In this document: positions 52,191 to 64,000 of the stretch, in pieces
Numbering within the stretch: the stretch's first letter is position 1
Layout: every line of letters starts with the position of its first letter
Assembly (NCBI RefSeq): GCF_001194135.2
Contig: NC_068982.1
Location: 107,487,293 to 107,551,292 of the forward strand
Length of the DNA: 64,000 bases
Source of the DNA: Octopus bimaculoides
Taxonomy: Eukaryota
Reading direction: 5' to 3'
The notes under the pieces: model-generated
Database searches by the model: none
What the model was told of the DNA's origin: nothing
The model's input: the letters and a program-made list of their open reading frames with translations, nothing else
Program-made: the position numbers and the translations under genes

Positions 52191-54400
52191 ATTCCTGATT
52201 CCTCTTACGCCCATATCTCAATATACTTATGCTGACTCCCTATAAACTACATCTTTGGAGATAGTTTGTACAGCTCTCACAAACCATTCATCTATACTTA
52301 GTTTCCATTAGGTGTAGACAGATGCCAGAATATGGCATCTATCAAAAGCCTCCTCCAAGTCAACAATGTGTTTTACTGTGCAGTTTAATAGAAAATGAGG
52401 ATCAATTCACATCTGGGAGTGGCTGGATTTTGACATGATAGTTGCTAGTGGAAAGTTTCATGATCTTCAGTTTCATACTTGATAGTATTTTGCCTCCATA
52501 AAAAGCTTGCAAGGTTCTCTGCAAGAGCAAGATGTAGCAATAACGTCAGCACTATAGAAATTGGAATGCAGTCATTTTTTATCTATTGGCCAACACATCA
52601 TCAAGTTGATTAGCAAATCTTATCTATTTTGACACTTACCTATCCTTAATGTTTTCATTGATAAGGATATGTAGGATGTGAAGATGCAAAATGTGCAAAA
52701 TATGCTAGCAAAGTTCAGTTCTTAGATGAAAAATTACCTCTAGCCACCAAATTAGGAAATTAATCTAGTGCTGTCATCTCATTAATGCAAATTAAACGTT
52801 ACATCAAACTAATGAAAGCAGCTTTGGTAGGAAAGTGGTTAAGTAACTAAGAATAATTTCATGTGACAACAAATGCATTCCTTCATCATGACAATGAGTT
52901 AGATTTCATAAATGGTTTATTAATCTGTAGTTGTCTACCATCTTAGTTTCTCTTGCCAACAACAATTTTACAGTCTTATCTGATATTTTATTTTGTATGA
53001 AATATATTGCATTTCCCTATTTGTAAATTTTGTTCTATTATCTATGAAGCCATTTATATGAAGATGGTGGTCTTCAGTTTATCAAAGCTGAAATAATCGC
53101 ATGCGTGCCTATACATGTGAGTGTTCTGATGTGTAGTATTGAAACTTGACTATGTTGGAGATTTTATTATTTTTTATGAAGCATTATTCTAGCTTACAAA
53201 TATTGCTTTACACATCACCATATGATGTTTATGTAAATATTATCTTGTCCTGTGCTAGTTATGATATTGAGTATATATCATTGACACATTCAATCATATT
53301 TCTAAGGCTATCTATACACAGTCATACTTATAAATTAACTGCTCCATCAATACTGTATATCAATACTGTTGCTAATTCAAAAGTAGGTGTATATATAACA
53401 CACCATATATTGGATTTTCTTCAATATACTAATACTAAAAGCATGCTGAGAACACATCTAACTTTAAGATAAGGCATATCACAACTATATCAAGTGTTAG
53501 TCTTTTCATCAAGAAAACTCAAACAAAAATAGTTCCTATAATGTATGAATTTACTTATCTTGCTTTGCCTATTTACAAATTTTAGTGCCTCAGAATGTGC
53601 CTTCCAAGTTCTTCACATTATAAACATTGTGTTAAATACATATTGAAAAAATCATAGAAAAAACAAAATCATCCACAGTATTTTTGTGGGTGACTTAATT
53701 TCATTAACTGGAGGGGAAAATGGATACTATTTTCATTGAGACAATGAATCTAGCTGTTAATAATGAAATGAAAGTTAAAGTTTGATAATTGAATCTTAAG
53801 AACAAAATAAATTCAAACATCATTAATTCATTAAATCATGATATCAGCTTGACAAGAAAGATCTATTTTGTTGTTGTGGCTTAGTTCAGTTGTGCTTTGG
53901 CAGACTCCAGCTAATCAGAGCTGGAAGTGTAATAATACAAATAGCAACTTCCGTCCAGCAGTATCATGTGCCTTTTTGGACAGCAGTTGTGAATTTGACA
54001 GCATAGAAGCAACATTGCTTTCTTCAACATGTCGCATTTTCTGTGTCCACCATCAACTACACACAACTCATATAATTAATATTAGCTTCCACTCTGTTTC
54101 ATATAAATCTCAGTGTCATGTAAGTCATGTGATTTCCTGTCTTGCATACACATATATTCGGTTCCCATTCATATGCAAGGTTAATCCTTGTTACCACTTG
54201 CTAGCACTCATTACACTACGGAATAAATTTCAATATTTTTGTTTTATAAACTTGCCTTCTGAATATTCTTTATTCATGCCTCTTTATGAAATCACTGAAA
54301 ATGGATTCTTTCTATGAACTGCCTTCTAAAAATGCTAACTACACACATTATGTTACAATTTGAACATGTTACATATAGGAGACATTCCTTCTGACTTACA

Positions 54401-54622
54401 TTAATGACTCACATGTAACACTGGTGACCTTGGCGTGATTAGATCTTTCAAATGAATCACCAGAGAAGAAGGTATGGTGCTCAACAAAATGTGTAGCTGT
54501 TGCCGCTCCAATTTAATGTTGTTCATAGCAAAATATGCCTCCATCTGCACAAACCAAACTCTTACATCACCACTGAATTCTGATAACAAAGAGTGATTCA
54601 TACCAGCCAAGAAATGTAGCAC
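54401..54622 (-). mobile_element. Ty3/gypsy-like gag N-terminal remnant
   Basis: EFSGDVRVWFVQMEAYFAMNNI...LLSTIPSSLVIHLKDLI resembles the gag P.LWF.Q.EA.F...I...LP......V.DLI pattern. No LTR identified. Confidence 0.55.
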
Positions 54623-55800
54623 GTATGAACTGAATAAACGTGGTGAGCATGGTTCTCAAAGAAAAGAAATCATTAATATGGCAATAAAAAGAAATATTAG
54701 TCCTCAGTGTGTTTTGTTTTATTTTCCTTTCAAATAATCATAAAACAAATCCAAGATAAAGCAGGATCGAATTTTACACCAATGGCGGCAAGCAGGAAAA
54801 ATTAAGCTGAAGTGAGGCAAGACATACATGTTGCATACTTGTGCACATGCATAAGGCACCATGAGGTTACATGTGAAGAAGGAGGTCAGCAGCCATATTG
54901 AAAACAAAATGCATCCATGTGGTTTAGAAGAAAATAAATTAAGCCATTATGTAAACAATGCCACTAGAGGTTTCTCTTTGAAACAAAAACAATAGACAGC
55001 TCTGATATGTTAGCCGTGCACAATTTTAGTTAACCTTTGCTCAGCACTGTCCTACAAAAATATTATTTGGGGGTGGGGAATATTTCCTGAAGAAATATTT
55101 CAATGTCAGGTCATCAATGTTACATATAAGTCTCTCCAATGGTCTTGCCACACTTAAAAACAAGGATTTATCACATAGCAGAGAACACAAAGACCCACTA
55201 CATTAAACTAAAATCATTACTGAAATAGTGCTACATGCACAAAATATGAGTAAAACTACACAATTTTAATAATATTCCAAATAAAAAATCAAATATCTAG
55301 CAGAAAGCAGTATCGTTAAATCACTATATTGGGCTAAAAGTTTCACTGCTGATTCCTTTACTTTGAACATTTACTTTATATTTCTTTTACTCTTTTATGC
55401 CAACTATTTAAATACTATAGCTGATTAAGTGGAATAAAGAGTAAATTTATTGATGCATGTGTTTGATACGGCTCTACCAAAATGTAACGATATCTTTTCA
55501 ACACACAATTTTTTTATTAAATTCCTTACCAAATCTATACATGAATATTTTACCAGTCTCAGTATGCTGAAAAATACTTTCTCTGTTATCTACAGAAAAT
55601 AACATGGAATGTAATATTTAATTGATAGAGAAAAGTTCATGATTATATTTTTTCTTGCCTGAAGATTGTCTTCATTTAAATTACCAGAATGCATTTCATA
55701 TTCTATTAATTTTTCTCACATTTTGATCCTTAATTGTTTTTATACATTCCAATTTGTGTGTTCATATGCAAATTGTTTAAATGAAAATTGTTTTCTTAAA

Positions 55801-55883
55801 ACATTATCACAGTTGGACTATGTTAAAGTACATTATCACAGTTGGACTATGTTAAAGTACATTATCACAGTTGGACTATGTTA
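55801..55883. repeat. 29-bp tandem repeat, about 3 copies
   Basis: Unit ACATTATCACAGTTGGACTATGTTAAAGT. Confidence 0.92.
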
Positions 55884-56187
55884 TCTGATGGCTTCATTTT
55901 TCTTGTTATTGATTAAACTGCATGCTATTAAAATATCTTAAGCCCAAGTTTAAATATAAATTCAAAGTTTACCTACTCAGCAGTCATATATTAAAGTAGA
56001 ATATAATTTATATTTCAGAGCCAAAAATAATTAGAATCGAAATTACAGCTGGACAAATTCTTTTTATTCATTGTTCTCTATTCATTTTTTAAGTTAAATT
56101 TATTTCTCTCAATATTTTTATTGTTTCCATATGATATTCCTATTTAAAATTTATGCAGTCCGTTAGTGTCACCTGAATAAAATCGCT

Positions 56188-56238
<51 letters not shown>

Positions 56239-56333
56239 GAATAAAAAATGTTGGTGCACTGGAAGTATAGAGGTATAATATCTTCAGTTAAAATATATTT
56301 ATAAGTTCAGATCAGCATTTTCATTAGCCTTTA

Positions 56334-57623
56334 TATGAGGGTTAGCTGATAAGTTCATAGGCTGATCAAGATATCCCCATAGAATGTGACCAAGTGAAGT
56401 TTATTTTTCAATATAGTCCCCATTGTGCTCCACACACTTCTTCCATCATTGTTGCAGTGTGTGGATACCATTAGTAAAGAGTCTCATCCTGTTGGTTAAA
56501 AAAATCATCAATAGCAGATATAAAATCATCATCACTGCAATACTGGTTCCCAACCAAGTATTTTTCCATGTTGAAGAACAGATGGGACCAAATCAGAAGA
56601 ATAAGGAGGATGATTAACCAGTTCAAAGCCATATTTATGTACAACAGCCATTGAAACCAACCAAGGACTTAAGTGCTGGGGCATTGTGTTGATGAAACAA
56701 GACTCCTTTTGTCAGTTTTCCAGGGCGTTTGGTCTTGATAGCTTTTGTAACTGCCTCAGCAAGTTGGCATAGTATTTTCCGCCATTGGTGTGGCGCTTTT
56801 GAAGATAGTTAATAAAAAGAGGTCTTTGTGTCCCAAAAAACTGAGGGCACCACCTTCCCTGCTGATGAATTGACCTTGGTCTTCTTTGGAGTGGGTGAGG
56901 AAGAGTATTTCCACTGCATGAACTGTCTCTTTGTCTCTGACTCAAAGTGATCAACCCAATACTCATCCTGACTAAGGAAATGTTCTAGGAAACCAGCTGG
57001 ATCTACTTCAAACAATGTCAGATTTTCCCATAATGTAATCAGTCTGGTGTGTTTTTGATCAGGTGTCAGCATATGTATTACTCACTGAGCAGAAACCTTC
57101 ATCATGCTAAGTTCATTGTGCAGAATATTCTCAACTTTCTCACAGGATCTGCTAATAGTATTGGTTATTTGATTTATTGTCAATCACATGTCATCCATTA
57201 CTATGTGGTGAACATGATCCATGTTTTCCTCGGAGGTTTTCCTTGGTTGCAGGATGTTCATACCTTGGGTCATCTTCAGGACTCTCTTTTCCCTTCCTAA
57301 ATTCAGTTACCCACTTTTGCACTGCTCATAAAGCTGAAGTGTCATCCCTTAATGTAGCAACCATGTCAGCATGAATGTCCTGGGGGCTAAAGCCTTTTAC
57401 CACAGGTGCTTGATAACACCATGATGCCAAATTTTGTCCATTTTCAAGAGAAGTTGCTAATAGTTACTTTTGAAGTCTTCTTAGAACAGTTAGATGTCAG
57501 TTTACCTATAAAGAAACAAAACAGTTATTAATAAAAAGAGTTGAAATTAATGCATGCAAGATTTCACAGCTCTAGCATCAGTCCTTCATAGTCAGCCCAT
57601 TAACTTTTCAGCCCACATTCATA
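56334..57623 (-). mobile_element. Full-length (about 1.29 kb) but inactivated mariner transposon
   Basis: Minus-strand fragments MLTPDQKHTR...QDEYWVDHFESETKRQFMQWK...SSAGKVVPSVFWD and INYLQK.HT.GGKYYANLLRQL. Degenerate TIRs TATGAGGGTTAGCTGATAAGTTCATAGGCTGA / TCAGCCCATTAACTTTTCAGCCCACATTCATA. Confidence 0.9.
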
Positions 57624-58936
57624 TCTTTTTATGAAAATCTGTTTTTTCTGTCTCAAAATGTTGATGTAATTTTCTCGGAAATTAGGTTGCTATCTCTAGC
57701 AAGCCAAAAAATCACATAGTTCTTCCTGTTCACCTATTAGTTACTGATAATGTGGGTGTTAGACTATTGTAACTAAAGAGGTTATTTCTTATAGATATTT
57801 ACTAAGTTATTTAATTAAAAGGATATATATATATATATTGCAAACAACTTGCAGATGCAAGTGCTACCTGTTGAAAGCTCTGCATACCGGATGCTAGCAA
57901 GCTTATGGGATCATCAGGAGATATGTGCTATTTTGGTGCCTTTCTCTCAACGTATAATTGCATACTGCCCCTCTCTCTGAGATGGGGGCCCACTTGCTAG
58001 ATCAACTAGTTACTAGGTTTTGCTCAATATTCTTCTAGCCATTGCTCATCATCTCTTTTTAACCAAATCCAGTGGCTTGCCTTCTCCACTGTAGCCTGGA
58101 TATATATATATATATTTATTTATTTATACTGACACGAGTTTTTATTGAATGTCTTGGATTTTTGTAATTTTAGATCAGTCCTTTGGCACAGAAGCAATGC
58201 TATCTGTGAGGCTATGATGCTACAGATGTTTGCAGCTATTTCTGTTTGAATGAATTTTTATGTTTGAGTTGAGTAGCAGAGGTAGAGCTTTTTAAGAAGT
58301 TCTTATAAAAAATGTTTTGGACTGTTATATATGGGCACGAATGTTTGGATATAGTTTTTCATGTAATAGTGACTTCAAGCATACTGTGGCAACAAACTGT
58401 GTCCCTCATATGTCTAGGTGATCTTTCTTTTTAACCTAGGTTTAGTCATTCACATAACCTTAGTCATTCACATAAATTTCTCTGTCTTGTGTTTTATTAT
58501 TGCAGAGCATTTTGGGACATTTCTGAATGCCTGTTAGACTGCCTCTGAATTATTTGCTATTTTCAAAATATTTTGAGAGAACTTCAGTTTTTATTTATTT
58601 ATTATTGACTTAGTGGGCTGGTAGAGTTGTTACCATGCTGTACTTTGTGTCATTTTGTCCATCTTTACATTCTGAGCTCAAATTCCACCAAAGTCATCTT
58701 TGCTTTTCATTCTTTTGGGGCTGATAAAATAAGTATCAGTCATGAACTGGGGTCAATGTAATCAACTAACTCCCTCCCCAAAATGTCTGACCTTGTGTCT
58801 ATATTAGAAAGGATTATTATTATTATTGTGATGAGTATGTTAGGTATAATAATATCTAACATACTCAGCTTGTTGCTGGCAGTGTCATTAACGTACCAGC
58901 TGTTCACTTCCTGAGAATTAAGGCTGCATGTTCTTT

Positions 58937-59092
58937 TTAAAGTCTCAAGGATTTGCAGAAACTCCTTGAATTGCCAAGGAATGCTGTTCTCTGGATATGA
59001 TTTATTTCCATTTTTATGCCTACCTTTTCCTATCACATTTGTAATCCTTTGTTCACTCTACCTAGGGCACCAACAATTATTGACACAATATT
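58937..59092 (-). mobile_element. C-terminal fragment of an RLE-endonuclease non-LTR element (R4/HERO-like)
   Basis: The minus strand reads IVSIIVGALGRVNKGLQ...GIKMEINHIQRTAFLGNSRSFCKSL (cf. IVVGALG...IQ.TALLG..RILRK.L). Embedded in (ATT)n. Confidence 0.6.
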
Positions 59093-59473
59093 ATTATTAT
59101 GATTATTATTATTAGTATTGTTGTTTTCCTTTTGATATTGGATTGATAACAAATACCTGCCAAGCCACAACCTAGGGTAGGCACTGTAGTGTAATGTTAT
59201 TTGTTCAACACTGCTCCCACTCTTGTTGAGTTTACATTCTTGGATCATGTAAAAAGAGAAAAAAAAAAGCTTTCAAAATATAGATTACAAGGACAAGAAC
59301 ATATACTGAGCCGTATTGTTTTATACTATTTTCTGGATAATATATCATCATCATCATCATTATTATCATAAAAGGTGCCAGCTGTAGAATCCTTGCCAGA
59401 TCAGATTGGAGCCTGGCGCAGCCTACTAGCTTGCAGTCCCCAGTTGAACCGTCCAATCTATGCTGATAATGAT

Positions 59474-59870
59474 GTGGCGAGCTGACAGAAATGTTAGCAT
59501 GCCAGGCAAAATGCTTAGCAGTATTTCATCTGTCTTTATGTTCTGAGTTCAAATTCTGCCAAGGTCGACTTTGCCTTTCATCCTTTCAGGATTGATAATT
59601 TAAGTACCAGTTGCCTTCTGGAATCAATCTAATCTACTGACCACCTCCCCAAAAATTAGGCATTATGCCTAGAGTAGAAAAGAACTGTTATCGCAATAAA
59701 CAAAATGCTAAGCAGCATTCCACCCATCTTTAAGTTCTGAGTTCAAATTTTGGTTGACTTTGCCTTTCATACTTGATAAAATAAGCACCAACCATGTACT
59801 GGGGGTGATGTAATCTTTTTCCTCTTACTCTCAAAAACTACTAGCCCTGTGCCAAAATTTGAAATTATTG
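59474..59870 (+). mobile_element. Two tandem copies of the abundant tRNA-derived SINE (another at 58615-58820)
   Basis: GGCGAGCTGACAGAAATGTTAGCATGCCAGG...GAGTTCAAATTCTGCCAAGGTCGACTTTGCC homology. Confidence 0.75.
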
Positions 59871-62215
59871 TCAATATTTGCAATAGCAAACAATGACAAA
59901 TCAACCCCTTTTCCTCTTTTTCATATACATATTAGAGAAAGCAGAGAAATATAATTATATTGTACAATGTGTGATAAAATATAAGCTTTCAATATAGGAC
60001 TCTAATAACATTACAAAGAATTTCTGTATGCTAGGATGACTGCTTTGATTTTTTTTCTTTTTTTTTTTTTTCAAGAACTAATTTGAAATTTGTTAAGCCA
60101 TTGTTATCATTCAAAAACTTTCTACTAATATTTTTGTCAGAATTACAGAAAACTTTAAAAAAATGAATGAAAAAAAAAATCAGCATCTTGCTTATTTAAT
60201 AATGTTGTTATTGTTGTGTATATTTATGGTTGTTATTGTTGTGTACATTTATTGTTGTATTAGTAAATAATTGTTCCTTTACATGTTATGGTGCTAATCT
60301 TTTATCTGTGACATTTGCTGCCCACAGATTGAATGCTCCCAGTCAACCATGGAGGTATTTTATTCCATAGCTCTGCTGCATTCACTAGCTGCATTCATTA
60401 GCAGTTGTTGTTCTGTTGCCCAAATTGCACTTTCATCTCTTTTCCCTGCTCTATTAAGCAGTCACTATCACTCTATTCACCATTATCACAAACAAATAAT
60501 GTCTACCATATACATATGCACTCAAACACATACACAAACACAAACACAAACTCACACATATAACTCATTTCAAATCTCACTTGGTATCACATATTTTCTG
60601 CCTTTCATTCTATCCCATAAATATAAACAAATATGAATCATATTTACACAGCTTGTAATGGTGCATAAATGATAAACTAAATCCACTGAAAATCACTTTC
60701 CTAAAGCCATGAAATATATATATATATACATATATAATGCTTTGAACTAAATTCCTATTCTACTTGAATGGATAGTCTTTATTGCATTGAAAGTTTAAAA
60801 ATTGTTTTCCTTAAAATCATTGAATATTAAGATAATCAAGAATTATTAAATATGCTTGTAATTGGAATGAGCAATTGGTTTGTTTGGTTAATAAATATTT
60901 TGATATGTCACATAGTTCCTTATCAGCCAAATATAATTAATACTTTGAACTTTTAAGTCCTTTAAAGATTCTAATTATAATTAATCCATGAATGTTAAAA
61001 TGTTGCTATTAATACTTTATCAAATTCAAAAACAATTTAAACTTACAGCTGCAATACTTCGTTCATTATCAAATAAATATAACATATCTAGCTGAAGAAA
61101 TGTATTTATATCGAAACTTAAACTGGCTGTGTGTAATATGATTCTTTGTTGTGTGAAGTTTCTAGGAATTTTCTTGATGGCATGGAAGATCATGGTAACT
61201 CTCTGAATTCCTTCCTATTCCAATATCATATAATTGTCTGTTTTCTAAAAACAAAACATGTTTCTTATTTCTATGTTGTAGTCTCTTCTTTTCCTATCCT
61301 TTTTCATTTTTTATTTTTAATGTTTGGTGTATGTTTATTTTATTTTTGACTTTGTGTGTTTATTAAATTTCTGAAAATTGCAATACCTCTAACCAGCTTT
61401 TAATTAGATGTTTTCAAGTTTATAGTATATTAAAAAATCTTTTTCTTCTCTTCTTAAGATGCTTTTCCAGATAATATTTAAAAACTAAATTAATTGGTAA
61501 AAATTTCAGCCAAGGAAGAGTTAAGCCAGAAATTTCAAGAAAGTTATTTTTGAGTTCCTCTGTTAGGAATAAAAACCAGTAAAGTTTTGTGTAACTAGTG
61601 GCTATTGGGTGGGAGTTCTATTTAGCTTTAAATTTACAAGTGTTAAAAAATAATCTGAAGTTGATAAAACATATTCACATAAGACAGAAAGGTTTTTTAA
61701 AAGAATTTTATTTATAAGTATTTGATTACATTAGAATATGTCAACAACAAGGAAGATGTGATATAGTCAATGTAATATTTAGACTGATATCATTAACTAG
61801 TAAAATCACAATATAAGAAATATAGAACACTTAATACAAATGCCATGCTTAGCTAAAAAGGAAATTCAAAATCAACTATACTAGATACTATAATATTGAT
61901 CTAGATTCTAAGTTTGCAAAGGAACTGAGCTGTTATTGTTTTTCCATCTTGAGTTTCAGATACCAGATTTGGTTGTTTTGCAAGCATTCAATTCATTGAA
62001 CATACTCGAATTCATTATTTCCAAGGACTTTAAATGTATATAAGAAATGCTAAATGAATTTTACAAGAAAATGTTTGCTTTTATATATTAAAATAATTCT
62101 TTAAAGATTTTTATAAGAGTGGAGATATGACTATTATGCAGTAGCTGCAGAACTGTTTCTATATGGGATAGGAACTAATAGATATATAGCGAATTTTAAA
62201 TTTTGTGTGTGTGTA

Positions 62216-62252
<37 letters not shown>

Positions 62253-64000
62253 GTACACTCTCTCTTTCACACGCACACACACACACACAGCTATATACAC
62301 ATGTTCTTACAAACATGCAGTAAGTAGACCAAACAAAACATATTTGTAGTTAGATGTAGAAGCAATCTAAGCAAGTTCAGCTAGGTGAATAACAATAATG
62401 ATGGTGATGGTGGGATACTTAAATGAAAAGTGAAGATCAAAGAAATATTTAAGAGTTAAATGCCAACCAATGTAACTAATATTAATTTCCACACATACCT
62501 TTACATTTTTATCTCAAACTACTATGTTTAGATTATCTCAAGAACTAAAGCCAAATATTTACATACATCTTACTCTTGCAATTTTGTAAAATTAACAATT
62601 ATTCCTTAACTTTATACTGGGAAGGAATTGGTACAGTTTTTTTTTTCTTTCAATGTATTTATAAATATGTTTTATCATCTTCTTGTCTTTAACATCTTTA
62701 TGCTGTTAGAGTTAAGGCTAATTCTATGTTCCATGTTGGCTGGAGCTGAAGGCAAGCTGGACATGTTAGCTTCTAACAGGAAGAGAATGTATCATAATGT
62801 TGAATAAAACTGTACTATGGACATAGCAATAAAGGGATACTAGAATAATAATGCCTTTTCTGTTGAGGTTTTGGGAAGAAAGCATACTAATCTCAGAAAA
62901 AAGTCCCACATTAAATTAACATTTTATATACAGCAGATAAAATGTGAGAGTAATGAAATTATAGGATGATTATTACTTTTACATAGAATAAAATAAAAGA
63001 AATTAAAAAGGCTTTTTAGAAATATTTATTGCAGTGAAAAAAAAAGAATTAAAAATAATCATTGTAATAAGAATTTAAAATAATCATTATAATGGAATCA
63101 TTTTCATTTGTTGGATTTGGATTTTTCTTTTTTTTTGTGATAAAAATGTTTTTTTTTCTTATCAAGTTTTGTTATTTCCAGTTTTCTGTATAATTTCTGC
63201 ATGTTTTTATTTTGAAGTTATTGATAGCTATATCAGTTTTACCTATTCTATCCTAAATCCTTTGAACTTGTAATTTATGCTAAATGAATCTTTCATGTAA
63301 ATTGACTTCCTTCTGTGCAAAGAAGATTTTCAAAGAGAGAAATTGAATTGCAACCCTTTTCAATCAGTTGCAAGACAGAACTCAAATGCTGCATATTTGA
63401 TGCATGCCCAGTTTTAGTTATTGCATTTAGTTGTTTTGATTTATTATATTGTGTTACCTGTTTTTCTTTTAATGAGCCACATTTCACCAATAACACACAC
63501 ACACAGACACACACACATACACACACACACACACACAAAATTTATGCAAACCCAAAATTTCAATTTTAAATCAGGTAGGAAATTGTTCCTGTATTTTCAT
63601 GTATTTAACCTGTAAATTTATCTTTTATTAAGAAATCTTTGTCAAGTTACATTCCTGCACATGCATGCACACACACGTGTACACACACACACGTGTACAC
63701 ACACACGTGTACACACACACATAAACACAAACACACAGTTCAAAAACATGTGAGGTAATACATCAAAGTACAGCTAAAATGTCAGATCAATAATTGACCA
63801 GAATGGATAACAACAACTTAGACTGAACTATTTTCTCTTTTCCAGAATTTTACTCTTATATCATAAAATAACTAATCATATCTTAACTAAGATAACATCT
63901 TAACTAAGACTCACATTCTCCACTTATACCAATGTAAATATACATATATTCATCATCCTCATTTAATATCAAATTTTCCATGCTTGTATGAGTCAGACAG

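Noticed and set aside
53868-54317. 149-aa plus-strand ORF
   Set aside because: No recognisable domain or splice support. It is probably the antisense of a decayed retroelement next to the gag remnant.
61087-61126. Hammerhead-like CTGAAGA...CGAAACTTAA
   Set aside because: The UH site and stem I cannot be formed without several changes, and there is no flanking repeat structure.

Overview
AT-rich, microsatellite- and transposon-dense animal genomic DNA. The repeat families and (TA)n/(TG)n/(ATT)n content point to a coleoid cephalopod, probably Octopus (inference). Ten + strand GT-AG exons (6233-50080) splice into a continuous 440-codon frame of an inositol 1,4,5-trisphosphate receptor (ITPR). 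They cover the end of the suppressor domain, the MIR beta-trefoil and the first RIH/armadillo part of the IP3-binding core, with the canonical IP3-contacting motifs intact ([18 protein letters not shown]). The gene starts upstream of the window, and I found no further exon in the last 14 kb. Introns hold tRNA-derived SINEs, RTE, Tx1/L1, CR1-like and RLE-type LINE fragments, a hAT and a full-length mariner relic, MITEs and a gypsy-like gag scrap. Three things stand out. (1) Several long intronic palindromes and direct/inverted duplications contain or are centred on type I hammerhead-ribozyme motifs, like Penelope-type or retrozyme elements; every sense-strand copy appears to carry a disabling change. 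(2) At several conserved ITPR positions the genome has A where a single A-to-G change would restore the human/fly residue, which fits A-to-I recoding. (3) There is a candidate in-frame 27-nt microexon. Comparisons to human and fly ITPR are from memory, not from a computed alignment. Small N gaps lie at 8265-8290, 48010-48019 and 50744-50753.
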